From contig JAUCBJ010003312.1 in NCBI GenBank assembly GCA_032718475.1, positions 1-53,891 on the forward strand: DNA of 53,891 bases, written 5' to 3'. The notes beneath the pieces were generated by a model, which did not search any database, had not been told where the DNA came from, and worked only from the letters and a program-made list of their open reading frames with translations. This DNA comes from Nemertoderma westbladi (lineage: Eukaryota; Animalia; Xenacoelomorpha). The position numbers were made by a program, and so were the translations under genes. The stretch's first letter is position 1. Each line of letters begins with the position of its first letter. Below, in pieces: positions 1-12,354 of this stretch.

Positions 1-3000
1 GATGGCCACGTTAATCGATGCGTTAAAGATCTAGGATCGAGTTACCACCCGTGGAACCGTTCAAATTCGATGGGAGTAGGCCGGAAGAATACCTACAGTT
101 TCGGCGCATGTATAGTAACGAAATACTAACGAAGAACTTGACGCAGGCGGAGTGCCTAAAGTATCTGCAAGTATATACAGGGGGCCCAGCATACGACATC
201 GTGAGGCAATACCAGGGCATCGAGGGCGGCTTCACGATGGCATGGCGGGCACTGAGACAGGGAATACGGGCACCCGGCCAAGATCATCCGGCAGACCCTG
301 AGAGGCATAACATCGGGTGGCCTACAGGATAGCCCCGTTAGCATTAAGACATTCGCGAACAAGGTCGAGAAGGCGCTAATCGTGCTAAAGACGCTAGACG
401 CGCCATACGAACTCAACGCATCCAACAACATCACTACGATAGCCCAGGCACTACCGATGTGGCTGCGCAATAAGTAGAGGAAAATCGCTTTCTCCACTCG
501 AGATAGGAAGGGTGCGGAACCGGGTTTAGAAGAGATGTCAAGCTTCTTAAATTACGAAGCCGAATTAATAACAGACCCAGTCTATAGCGAGGATAGCCTG
601 GGAAAGGGACCAAAGACCGAGTACAGTAGACCGAAACCAGAACACAACGCGTCGAACGCATTGCCGAAGCTCAGACAATCAGACTGCCGTACGCAGCGAC
701 GCAGGGGACTGCTAGTCCACAGGTAGCCTGGGGTAAGACCACATCATGGAGTGGACAGGGGAAAAATAACAACACAAATAAACATAACCCCAGTAGGCCG
801 AACCCAAACAATAAGAATAGTAGGGACTTTGGTACAAACGCAAGTGCGATACGTAGCGCACTGTATAAGGACGGCTACAACCCAGAGAGCAAATGCCAAT
901 TGCACACAAATGCACTACATCAGACCATGAACTGCAGGTACTGGCAAGCGCTACCCAGGGAAGATCAGGTAGAATACGCGAGAAGAAATGTAATCTGTTC
1001 TCAGTGTGTCATGGGTGGACATAGGGCCGTTCAATGCGAGGAGACGCCGATTAAGTTCGGTCAAAGCAAAGGCCAAATGATGGCAACGAGCACCGTAGGG
1101 GCGAAGAAGGGAGGAACGGTACTACTTGGGGTAGTACCAGTGCGAGTGATCGGGGAAGGCAACCGATCAGTGACCACACTTATGCTGGTCGACAGTGGAG
1201 CTGCCTTCACATTAGTCGAGAATTGGGTGGCCGAGGAGATAGGATTGAGAACGAGGCCAAGTAGAATGGCGGTAACAACAATCTCCAGCAAAGATGAGAT
1301 ACTCGAGATGAGAACCGGACGGTGCGCGATAGCAGCAATAGCGCCGGGATGCGACTACGGGGCGAGCATCGACCCCATCCAAGTGATAGAGTCAATAAAT
1401 ATCAATGCCAGGCAGCCAACCAACATCGAGGTCGAATAATATAAATTCCTGGATGATATCGACTTCTCAATCCCAGAGGTGGACGTCAGGAAGGTATCCA
1501 TCATAGTAGGAATGGACTGTCCGACGGCCCACGAAAGAATGCAAACGGTCTTCGGCGAAGACAGGCAGTGTGACCCGGTGGCGATATTGACACCATTCGG
1601 GTGGACGTTGAGTGGCCCAATTAAGAGTAAGATACCATTTAGGATGTCGGAGACATCAGGATGCATGTTCGCGGGAACTATGCAAGAAATTGGTGATGAA
1701 AGAGCGGAGGAACAGCTCAAGAGACTGCTCAGGCAGGATTTTGAGGGACTGAAGGAAACCGGGGTCGGGACCTCGGTAGAAGACAAGCAGGCTCAGCAGA
1801 GCGTAAAGGAATCTATGAGATGCGACGAGGGGCGGTATACTATAGGAATGGTATGGAAGCTACCGAAGCTACCTCTGCCCGATAATAAAGGAATGGTACT
1901 CACGAGGCTTCGTAAGTTGAAACAGACGTTAAAACGGAGCCCCGAAAAGAATGAGTACATTCATAAGACAATCAGAAAGTACGTCGAGAAGGGATGGGCC
2001 GTGGAGTTACCGGTCGACGAACCAAACACGGACAGGACATATTACCTGCCACTCCACGTGGCTTTAGATCTGAAGAAAGGTAAACTGCGGATGGTAGTGG
2101 ACGCATCGGTAAAGACCAACGGGAAATGCCTAAACGACTATCTGCTAGAGGGTCCCAACATATACAACTCAAGGATAGAGGTCCTACTCAGATTCAGGAA
2201 TGGGAAACACGCCTTCACCTGTGACATAGAAGGCATGTTCAACCAAGTCCGTATGACGGAATAGGATAGCGACAGTCAACGCTTCTTATGGTACAACGGC
2301 GACGTGGAACCGTCGACAATACCGATGTACAAGATGATAGTACAGAATATGGGAGCCAAGTCGTCTTCATTCACGACGACAATGGCCGTAAGAGACACAG
2401 TAAAGGGAAAGGAAGATAAATATAGTACTAGGGCCATCGATATGATTCGACGCGGCTTCTACGTAGACGACGGGATGGACTCTGGAAATACGGTTAAGGA
2501 GCTACTGGACACAGGGCGCGAGGTTCGCGACATCCTTAAAGGATCCGGCTTTAACCTAACCAAATTCCAATCCAGTTCGAAGGAATTTATTGAGGCGATA
2601 AAAGATGAGAGACCAGGATCGACCATGGATAATCCCACAACAGCCAAGGGGCAGGACATGGTGAACAAGAGGATAGAGTCTCAACAGAAGGCACTGGGAA
2701 TCGTGTGGAACAGAGAGACAGATGAACTGAAGTACCAGTTGAGTCAGGAGGGCGCAGACATCCACACAAAGAGGGGCTATATGTCATACATAGCAAGGAT
2801 ATACGATCCCCTAGGCCTAGCATCCCCACTACTAGTCACGGGGAAACAGATACTCAAGAGAGTATACAAGCTAAAGGACGAGTGGGACGCAGAGGTCCCG
2901 GAAGAGATTAGAAAGCAGTGGTATAAGTGGACAGAGAGTCTGGAGCAGATGGGAACATACAGCATGCCACGAGTGTATTTCCCGGATGGGGACATGACGA

Positions 3001-5105
3001 GTCTGGACCTACACATGTTCTCCGATGCGTCGTTAGAGGCATACAGAGCAGCACTCTATTTAGTACAACGAGAGGGGGCTCACAAGCCCAGACTCGCCTT
3101 CAGCAAGGCGAAGTCAACACCACCAGATTCAGCATCGGCTCCCAAGCTAGAATTGACAGCTGCGAGACTAGGAGTTAGGGCCATGGCTTACATAATGGAT
3201 GCTATTCCCAACATAGTGGAGACCCACTACTGGACGGATTCCATGGTAGTACTTGGTTGGCTACATAACGAAAGGACGAGATACCCTATATTCGTCGCAA
3301 ATAGAGTGGACGAAATAAGGGCGACCACAGAACTGGAAAGGTGGCACTACTGCCCAACGGACGAGAACCCTGCGGACTTGTTATCGAGGGGCGTGGTACG
3401 CCACACTTTCTTGAAGAAGGAAGTATTGTGGCAACACGGGCCACAGTTTCTGAGCGATAAGGAGGCCTGGCCGCCGATGAGAAAGGTGGACCCGGGCTCA
3501 GGAGAAGTAGTGTCAGAAGGAGAAGAGGGAGATTCAGAGGGAGAAGAGATATACTCCCAGATGGTGAGGGAGATTAGGGACGTGCAACCAAAACCAGGAG
3601 AACTGTGCGATAACCCGACGGATAAACTCCTTAGCTACAGTTCTAGTTGGTACAAGACCAAGAAATTGGTGGCGTACTGGAGAGCCTTCGGGAATTTCCT
3701 CAGGGGAGTTGGCAAAGACGTGAAGATCAGAACGACAATAGATCTGGAAGGAGCAGCCAAAGCAGTCATCCGCTATGAGCAGAGGAAGAACTACGGCGAC
3801 GAGGTGGAACGCGTCGGCAAACAACAGCATCTCCGACGGGACAGCGAGCTGATCACGCTGTCACCACAACTTAATGACGACGGGATTCTAGTAATGAACT
3901 CTAGGGTGGGATACAACAACAGTATCGTCGTACCACCGAAGCCCATCATCATCCCCACAGGATCGCCGATAGTCCACCAGATTATCTGGGACTCCCATAA
4001 GTCGATATTGCACGGGGGCACCAACCGAACCCTCACGGAGATAAGGAGGTCCTTTTGGGTCAAACAGTTGAGGAAGAAGGTAAAGGCGGTAGTGTGGCAG
4101 TGCCAAACCTGCCGACGAGCAAAGAAGGAGCGAGCCATACAGGAGATGGCACCACTACCGGCGAGTAGGGTAAGATAGCACGACCCGCCATTTACGTATT
4201 GCGGTGTGGACATGTTCGGGCCGATAAAGATCAAGGTGATGCGGCACACAGAGAAACGCTACGGTATTATCTTCGTATGTAATAACACGCGGGCGGTAGG
4301 GATAGAACTCGCCCAAGATGCAACTGCATCGGCATTCATTAATGCCTTAGAAAGGTTTAGAGACCGCAAAGGTGGGACGATCGCAGTGATATACTCCGAC
4401 AACGGGACCAACTTTGTGGGGGCGGAGAACGAGATGGCAGAGGCCTTGGATATCCTGGAAGGAGAGGAAGTCAGGGCAGCCATGAGGCGACAACAAGTAA
4501 AGTGGGAGAGGAGGACGCCGTATGCACCGCATACCCTAGGATGCGTCGAGAGACTCGTGGGTAGTTCGAAGCGTCTGATGACGAAGTTGATGAACACCCA
4601 CATGGTTACGGAGGACGTGCTAAGAACAGTACTTGCGAAGTGTGAGGGTATCATTAATAGCAGACCACTATATCCAGAGAATGATGACCCTGAGTCACTA
4701 GACGTGCTGACACCCAGCCATTTTCTAATGGAGAGGCCAGCGACCATCGATATGCGGGGTGTAGACCCAGATGACATACACTCCCGCCAGAGTTGGAAAG
4801 TCGCTAAGGCGATAAGCGCAGAGTATTGGAGGAGGTGGGTTGAGGAATATCTACCCACGCTTCACAGAAGAAGCAAGTGGAGGAACACCAACAAAGAGTT
4901 AAAGGAGGGTGATCTGGTGATCGTCACCGATGATACCATCATCAACAACCAGTGGCGGTTGGCGAGAGTTGTGGGCACTTACTCCGATGAGGACGGAAGA
5001 GTCCGATTGGTAGAAGTGCGGATAGGTGGCAAGATAAGTGCGAAAGACAGGAAGACCTACAGAAGGGCTGTAGGGAAGTGCTGTCTACTAGAAGGAGCAC
5101 CATAG
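1..5105 (+). pseudogene. BEL/Pao LTR retrotransposon gag-pol, disrupted (5' end outside window)
   Basis: Consecutive ORF pieces in BEL order: gag (PFKFDG...YLQF), Zn knuckle CSQCVMGGHRAVQC, protease LVDSGA, RT (YYLPLH...LRMVVDAS, CDIEGMF, FYVDD), RNase H (FSDAS, PKLELTAA, WTDS, NPADLLSRG), integrase HHCC plus VDMFGP/SDNGTNF/VERLV, C-terminal WRRWVEEYLPTL. Frameshift near 262; stops at 476, 1437, 2262, 4176. Confidence 0.95.
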
Positions 5106-5161
5106 AGTGGAGTAAGAGTGGTGTTTAGTCGTCCAAAGTTTTGGACTGAGGGGGGTGGGAT

Positions 5162-5950
5162 TGAGGGCGAGACGCCCTTCCCACACATAAAATAAAAAAA
5201 TAAAAAATAAAGAGAAAGTGATTATAGTACATAATAGGTACGCAGTAAGCAGATAGAAGTTAGATAGTAGGAAATTAGTAGTAAGAGGGTACGTAGTACC
5301 ACTAGTTAGATAGTTAAGTCAGAAGTCAGTAAAAGGGTACATAATACCACTAGTTAGATAGTTCAGTCAGAAGTCAGTAAGAGGGTACGTAGTACCGTTA
5401 GTAAGAGAGTTAGAAGCAGTAAGAGGGTACGTAGTACCGTTAGTAAGAGTGAAGTCAGAGAAGTTAGTAAGAGGGTACGTAGTACCGGCTAGTAAGAGTG
5501 GAGTCAGAGAAGTTAGTAAGAGGGTACGTAGTACCGGTTAGTAAGTGTAGAGTTAGAGGAGTTAGTAAGAGGGTACGTAGTACCGGTTAGTAAGTGTAGA
5601 GTTAGAGGAGTTAGTAAGAGGGTACGTAGTACCGGTTAGTAAGAGTAGAGTTGGAAGTTAGTAAGAGGGTATGTAGTACCGGTTAGTAAGTGTAGAGTTA
5701 GAGGAGTTAGTAAGAGGGTACGTAGTACCGGTTAGTAAGAGTAGAGTTGGAAGTTAGTAAGAGGGTACATAGTGCCGGCTAGTATGAGTAGTAGTTAGTT
5801 GTAGAACTAGTTAGTAAGAGGGTGCGTAGAGTAGCGTTAGTAGTAAGAATTAGTGGCAGGGGGATATAAAATATAGTATATAGTAAGAGATAAGAGAGCA
5901 CAATATATCATAAAATATTAACCAGAAAGGTCGGTAGGGTTAATAGCACA
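5162..5950 (+). mobile_element. Probable 3' LTR of the BEL element
   Basis: Polypurine tract GAGGGGGGTGGGA at 5148-5160 followed by TG at 5162; tandem repeats; TATAAAA near 5865; candidate end ...GCACA at 5950. The right boundary cannot be verified because the 5' LTR is outside the window. Confidence 0.6.
5275..5845 (+). repeat. ~47-49-bp minisatellite in the LTR U3 region (GTTAGTAAGAGGGTACGTAGTACCG core)
   Basis: Directly visible tandem units; the duplicated copy at ~10155-10625 is 98 bp (two units) shorter. Confidence 0.9.
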
Positions 5951-7431
5951 AATTTAAAAATTAAATTAAGGATATTAGAATCACCTCCGAGCTACAGAAG
6001 AGCCTTCAAGGTAGCCTTTGAAGGTCTGGTAGACCACCTGGGGCTGAAGGGTGAGTCGGTGTAATACAATGGCCCGCATCTAGTAGACAGGGAGGTGGAT
6101 ACACATATCACATGGGAGAAGTTGGAAGTGGATAGATCTGGGGAGAAGCGACTGGAAGAAGTCGCCAGGGGAGAAAGGCCGAGAGAGAACAAGGCGCGTT
6201 ACGTAGACGAGCATATAATATAACATATGATAATAATAACCTTATAATAATTATATAAGTAAATCACGTATGTATATTATAAAGTACGTACCGTAGTCAA
6301 GCACAACCTTTTCCAATTAGCTACTGGGACTGGGAACTAATCGACCATGGTACTGTAGGTCACGGACGAGATGCTGACGACATCATACTTCTTGAGTGCG
6401 ACGGCACAAAAGGGGGGTGAGGCTCGTCAGAAAAGAGAGGGTGAGATAGGGCGAGATATGAGTAACAGAGTGTGAAGTGCGGAGTGTGGAGAGAGTGTGG
6501 GCGCAATTCAAGTGTGGGGGAGGGGAGAAGTAAGAGGCGGAGTGAGGGACGAGGAGGTCCGAGAGTATGCGAGAGTTAGAGTGAAAGTGGAGGAGAGTTA
6601 GGGCGAAAGTGTTGGGGAAGCAAAATTGTGTGAGAGAAGCGCACGATCAGTCCAACACGGGACGCCAGATGTCTTGGTACAAGATAGGCAGAGTTGTACC
6701 AAGACGGGGTAGCATTATCGTACCCATAGGGAGCGGCACGGAAAGCCGACTCCAAGAAAAATAGACCCACCCCACACCCGATACTAGATCGGGATCCAGC
6801 GGAATTGTAGCGCACTAGAGGTGGATGCTATCTTCTCACCGGGGAGATAGCATGGGGGGGAGTGTTAGCTTATTCAATTCCGCTAACCACCCCATAAAGT
6901 GAGCCGTTAAGCAATATTGGGGAACACGAGGGTGATCAATCAACCTCGTGTCACCCCAACAAAGTGGGAAGGAGAAACCCCAGAGAACACACACACAATA
7001 GGGGTCAGGGGTTACACCCCTGAGAGAGAGGAGAGTAACAGCTGCGGGGGGGAAACACCACCGCAGGGCAGAGGGTGTAAAATAGGTTATTAGCCAATGG
7101 GGGGAAGGCATCGGCTGAGTAGTATAGTGCGGCCAACCGTGCAATATATATTACCAGTTGATTGTGTCATTTAATCAGTTTAGTTAGTCAGATCAGCTAG
7201 GGTGGAACGGCAACATCTATTACCGTCCACTACCGTCACCATATCATTTAATCAGTATTTACCGGTATATCATTTTAACCCTATTGACCGTGCTCGTACT
7301 ACTCGTTTATTATATTTTATACATATGAACTTCAGGACTCTCAACTTAACTGACCCTTTTCATACACACGGCGGGGACGCGTAAATAGATAAACCCAAAC
7401 GGATAAATCGGGATCCGTAGATCCCGTCACA
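5951..7431 (-). mobile_element. LTR-like repeat, probably inverted relative to BEL (or the distal part of a very long BEL LTR)
   Basis: Ends in CCCGTCACA at 7431 (TGTGACGGG on the minus strand, a typical LTR terminus); its 6655-7110 portion is homologous in reverse complement to ~30245-30705. Confidence 0.45.
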
Positions 7432-7570
7432 TTCCCCCAGCATCTAAAGTATTCCACTTCAGTGCAAAATATATAGAGCTTTAGTTGGATTTGAACCTAT
7501 GCTTGCAAACTCTTTTGTGCTCGTATATTGTAATTTATTGTTCATGTAATGCAATATAACTCGGCTATTT

Positions 7571-7919
7571 AGTCTGTGCCTCAGTGAGGCATAGTCTGTG
7601 CCTCAGTGAGGCATAGTCTGTGCCTCAGTGAGGCATAGTCTGTGCCTCAGTGAGGCATAGTCTGTGCACCAGTGAGGTATAGTCTCTGCCTCAGTGAGGC
7701 ATAGTCTATGCCTCAGTACCTCAGTGTGGCATAATATGTGCCTCAGAGAGGCATAGTCTGTGCCTCAGTGAGGCATAGACTGTGCATCAGTGAGGCATAG
7801 ACTGTGCATCAGTGAGGCATAGTCTGTGCCTCAGTGAGGCATAGTCTGTGCCTCAGTGAGGCATAGTCTGTGCCTCAGTGCCTCAGTGAGGCATAGTCTG
7901 TGCCTCAGTGAGGCATAGT
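7571..7919. repeat. 22-bp satellite (AGTCTGTGCCTCAGTGAGGCAT)n, truncated copy
   Basis: Visible tandem array with occasional 8-bp GCCTCAGT duplications. Confidence 0.97.
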
Positions 7920-8031
7920 ACAACGATAGTATAACTATTTAGTACAACGAGAGGGGGCTCACAAGCCCAGACTCGCCTTCAGCAAGGCGAAGTCAACACC
8001 ACCAGATTCAGCATCGGCTCCCAAGCTAGAA

Positions 8032-9984
8032 TTGACAGCTGCGATACTAGGAGTTAGGGCCATGGCTTACATAATGGATGCTATTCCCAACATAGTGGAG
8101 ACCCACTACTGGACGGATTCCATGGTAGTACTTGGTTGGCTACATAACGAAAGGACGAGATACCCTATATTCGTCGCAAATAGAGTGGACGAAATAAGGG
8201 CGACCACAGAACTGGAAAGGTGGCACTACTGCCCAATGGACGAGAACCCTGCGGACTTGTTATCGAGGGGCGTGGTACGCCACACTTTCTTGAAGAAGGA
8301 AGTATTGTGGCAACACGGGCCACAGTTTCTGAGCGATAAGGAGGCCTGGCCGCCGATGAGAAAGGTGGACCCGGGCTCAGGAGAAGTAGTGTCAGAAGGA
8401 GAAGAGGGAGATTCAGAGGGAGAAGAGATATACTACCAGATGGTGAGGGAGATTAGGGACGTGCAACCAAAACCAGGAGAACTGTGCGATAACCCGACGG
8501 ATAAACTCCTTAGCTACAGTTCTAGTTGGTACAAGACCAAGAAATTGGTGGCGTACTGGAGAGCCTTCGGGAATTTCCTCAGGGGAGTTGGCAAAGACGT
8601 GAAGATCAGAACGACAATAGATCTGGAAGGAGCAGCCAAAGCAGTCATCCGCTATGAGCAGAGGAAGAACTACGGCGACGAGGTGGAACGCGTCGGCAAA
8701 CAACAGCATCTCCGACGGGACAGCGAGCTGATCACGCTGTCACCACAACTTAATGACAACGGGATTCTAGTAATGAACTCTAGGGTGGGATACAACAACA
8801 GTATCGTCGTACCACCGAAGCCCATCATCATCCCCACAGGATCGCCGATAGTCCACCAGATTATCTGGGACTCCCATAAGTCGATATTGCACGGGGGCAC
8901 CAACCGAACCCTCACGGAGATAAGGAGGTCCTTTTGGGTCAAACAGTTGAGGAAGAAGGTAAAGGCGGTAGTGTGGCAGTGCCAAACCTGCCGACGAGCA
9001 AAGAAGGAGCGAGCCATACAGGAGATGGCACCACTACCGGCGAGTAGGGTAAGACAGCACGACCCGCCATTTACGCATTGCGGTGTGGACATGTTCGGGC
9101 CGATAAAGATCAAGGTGATGCGGCACACAGAGAAACGCTACGGTATTATCTTCGTATGTAATAACACGCGGGCGGTAGGGATAGAACTCGCCCAAGATGC
9201 AACCGCATCGGCATTCATTAATGCCTTAGAAAGGTTTAGAGACCGCAAAGGTGGGACGATCGCAGTGATATACTCCGACAACGGGACCAACTTTGTGGGG
9301 GCGGAGAACGAGATGGCAGAGGCCTTGGATATCCTGGAAGGAGAGGAAGTCAGGGCAGCCATGAGGCGACAACAAGTAAAGTGGGAGAGGAGGACGCCGT
9401 ATGCACCGCATACCCTAGGATGCGTCGAGAGACTCGTGGGTAGTTCGAAGCGTCTGATGACGAAGTTGATGAACACCCACATGGTTACGGAGGACGTGCT
9501 AAGAACAGTACTTGCGAAGTGTGAGGGTATCATTAATAGCAGACCACTATATCCAGAGAATGATGACCCTGAGTCACTAGACGTGCTGACACCCAGCCAT
9601 TTTCTAATGGAGAGGCCAGCGACCATCGATATGCGGGGTGTAGACCCAGATGACATACACTCCCGCCAGAGTTGGAAAGTCGCTAAGGCGATAAGCGCAG
9701 AGTATTGGAGGAGGTGGGTTGGGGAATATCTACCCACGCTTCACAGAAGAAGCAAGTGGAGGAACACCAACAAAGAGTTAAAGGAGGGTGATCTGGTGAT
9801 CGTCACCGATGATACCATCATCAACAACCAGTGGCGGTTGGCGAGAGTTGTGGGCACTTACTATGATGAGGACGGAAGAGTCCGATTGGTAGAAGTGCGG
9901 ATAGGTGGCAAGATAAGTGCGAAAGACAGGAAGACCTACAGAAGGGCTGTAGGGAAGTGCTGTCTACTAGAAGGAGCACCATAG
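8032..9984 (+). CDS. BEL pol C-terminal part (partial RNase H, integrase, C-terminal domain), uninterrupted 650-aa ORF in the duplicated copy
   Basis: Same motifs as copy 1, but CAG at ~9056 where copy 1 has TAG at 4176; 5'-truncated by the duplication breakpoint. Confidence 0.85.
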   Translation: MTAAILGVRAMAYIMDAIPNIVETHYWTDSMVVLGWLHNERTRYPIFVANRVDEIRATTELERWHYCPMDENPADLLSRGVVRHTFLKKEVLWQHGPQFLSDKEAWPPMRKVDPGSGEVVSEGEEGDSEGEEIYYQMVREIRDVQPKPGELCDNPTDKLLSYSSSWYKTKKLVAYWRAFGNFLRGVGKDVKIRTTIDLEGAAKAVIRYEQRKNYGDEVERVGKQQHLRRDSELITLSPQLNDNGILVMNSRVGYNNSIVVPPKPIIIPTGSPIVHQIIWDSHKSILHGGTNRTLTEIRRSFWVKQLRKKVKAVVWQCQTCRRAKKERAIQEMAPLPASRVRQHDPPFTHCGVDMFGPIKIKVMRHTEKRYGIIFVCNNTRAVGIELAQDATASAFINALERFRDRKGGTIAVIYSDNGTNFVGAENEMAEALDILEGEEVRAAMRRQQVKWERRTPYAPHTLGCVERLVGSSKRLMTKLMNTHMVTEDVLRTVLAKCEGIINSRPLYPENDDPESLDVLTPSHFLMERPATIDMRGVDPDDIHSRQSWKVAKAISAEYWRRWVGEYLPTLHRRSKWRNTNKELKEGDLVIVTDDTIINNQWRLARVVGTYYDEDGRVRLVEVRIGGKISAKDRKTYRRAVGKCCLLEGAP

Positions 9985-10040
9985 AGTGGAGTAAGAGTGG
10001 TGTTTAGTCGTCCAAAGTTTTGGACTGAGGGGGGTGGGAT

Positions 10041-10731
10041 TGAGGGCGAGACGCCCTTCCCACACATAAAATAAAAAAATAAAAAATAAAGAGAAAGTGA
10101 TTATAGTACATAATAGGTACGCAGTAAGCAGATAGAAGTTAGATAGTAGGAAATTAGTAGTAAGAGGGTACGTAGTACCACTAGTTAGATAGTTAAGTCA
10201 GAAGTCAGTAAAAGGTTACATAATACCACTAGTTAGATAGTTAAGTCAGAAGTCAGTAAGAGGGTACGTAGTACCGTTAGTAAGAGAGTTAGAAGCAGTA
10301 AGAGGGTACGTAGTACCGTTAGTAAGAGTGAAGTCAGAGAAGTTAGTAAGAGGGTACGTAGTACCGGCTAGTAAGAGTGGAGTCAGAGAAGTTAGTAAGA
10401 GGGTACGTAGTACCGGTTAGTAAGAGTAGAGTTGGAAGTTAGTAAGAGGGTACGTAGTACCGGTTAGTAAGTGTAGAGTTAGAGGAGTTAGTAAGAGGGT
10501 ACGTAGTACCGGTTAGTAAGAGTAGAGTTGGAAGTTAGTAAGAGGGTACGTAGTGCTGGCTAGTATGAGTAGTAGTTAGTTGTAGAACTAGTTAGTAAGA
10601 GGGTGCGTAGAGTAGCGTTAGTAGTAAGAATTAGTGGCAGTGGGATATAAAATATAGTATATAGTAAGAGATAAGAGAGCACAATATATCATAAAATATT
10701 AACCAGAAAGGTCGGTAGGGTTAATAGCACA
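10041..10731 (+). mobile_element. Duplicated BEL 3' LTR
   Basis: Copy of 5162-5950 lacking two minisatellite units. Confidence 0.6.
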
Positions 10732-12215
10732 AATTTAAAAATTAAATTAAGGATATTAGAATCACCTCCGAGCTACAGAAGAGCCTTCAAGGTAGCCTTT
10801 GAAGGTCTGGTAGACCACCTGGGGCTGAAGGGTGAGTCGGTGTAATACAACGGCCCGCATCTAGTAGACAGGGAGGTGGATACACATATCACATGGGAGA
10901 AGTTGGAAGTGGATAGATCTGGGGAGAAGCGACTGGAAGAAGTCGCCAGGGGAGAAAGGCCGAGAGAGAACGAGGCGCGTTACGTAGACGAGCATATAAT
11001 ATAACATATGATAATAATAACCTTATAATAATTATATAAGTAAATCACGTATGTATATTATAAAGTACGTACCGTAGTCAAGCACAACCTTTTCCAATTA
11101 GCTACTGGGACTGGGAACTAATCGACCATGGTACTGTAGGTCACGGACGAGATGCTGACGACATCATACTTCTTGAGTGCGACGGCACAAAAGGGGGGTG
11201 AGGCTCGTCAGAAAAGAGAGGGTGAGATAGGGCGAGATATGAGTAACAGAGTGTGAAGTGCGGAGTGTGGAGAGAGTGTGGGCGCAATTCAAGTGTGGGG
11301 GAGGGGAGAAGTAAGAGGCGGAGTGAGGGACGAGGAGGTCCGAGAGTATGCGAGAGTTAGAGTGAAAGTGGAGGAGAGTTAGGGCGAAAGTGTTGGGGAA
11401 GCAAAATTGTGTGAGAGAAGCGCACGATCAGTCCAACACGGGACGCCAGATGTCTTGGTACAAGATAGGCAGAGTTGTACCAAGACGGGGTAGCATTATC
11501 GTACCCATAGGGAGCGGCACGGAAAGCCGACTCCAAGAAAAATAGACCCACCCCACACCCGATACTAGATCGGGATCCAGCGGAATTGTAGCGCACTAGA
11601 GGTGGATGCTATCTTCTCACCGGGGAGATAGCATGGGGGGGGGGAGTGTTAGCTTATTCAATTCCGCTAACCACCCCATAAAGTGAGCCGTTAAGCAATA
11701 TTGGGGAACACGAGGGTGATCAATCAACCTCGTGTCACCCCAACAAAGTGGGAAGGAGAAACCCCAGAGAACACACACACAATAGGGGTCAGGGGTTACA
11801 CCCCTGAGAGAGAGGAGAGTAACAGCTGCGGGGGGGAAACACCACCGCAGGGCAGAGGGTGTAAAATAGGTTATTAGCCAATGGGGGGAAGGCATCGGCT
11901 GAGTAGTATAGTGCGGCCAACCGTGCAATATATATTACCAGTTGATTGTGTCATTTAATCAGTTTAGTTAGTCAGATCAGCTAGGGTGGAACGGCAACAT
12001 CTATTACCGTCCACTACCGTCACCATATCATTTAATCAGTATTTACCGGTATATCATTTTAACCCTATTGACCGTGCTCGTACTACTCGTTTATTATATT
12101 TTATACATATGAACTTCAGGACTCTCAACTTAACTGACCCTTTTCATACACACGGCGGGGATGCGTAAATAGATAAACCCAAACGGATAAATCGGGATCC
12201 GTAGATCCCGTCACA
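10732..12215 (-). mobile_element. Duplicated LTR-like repeat
   Basis: Copy of 5951-7431. Confidence 0.45.
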
Positions 12216-12354
12216 TTCCCCCAGCATCTAAAGTATTCCACTTCAGTGCAAAATATATAGAGCTTTAGTTGGATTTGAACCTATGCTTGCAAACTCTTTT
12301 GTGCTCGTATATTGTAATTTATTGTTCATGTAATGCAATATAACTCGGCTATTT

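Noticed and set aside
5975-6225. Plus-strand frame with PPSY (late-domain-like) as a possible env or extra ORF of BEL
   Set aside because: Short, contains an internal stop, has no start codon and no recognisable homology.
6370-6435. CTGACGA ... GAAA as a hammerhead ribozyme core
   Set aside because: Required helices and spacing are absent; CTGACGA instead pairs with TCGTCAG.
1-9984. Programmed stop-codon readthrough in BEL pol
   Set aside because: The stops are single-base changes from sense codons (the duplicate has CAG at one of them) and a frameshift is also present, consistent with decay.
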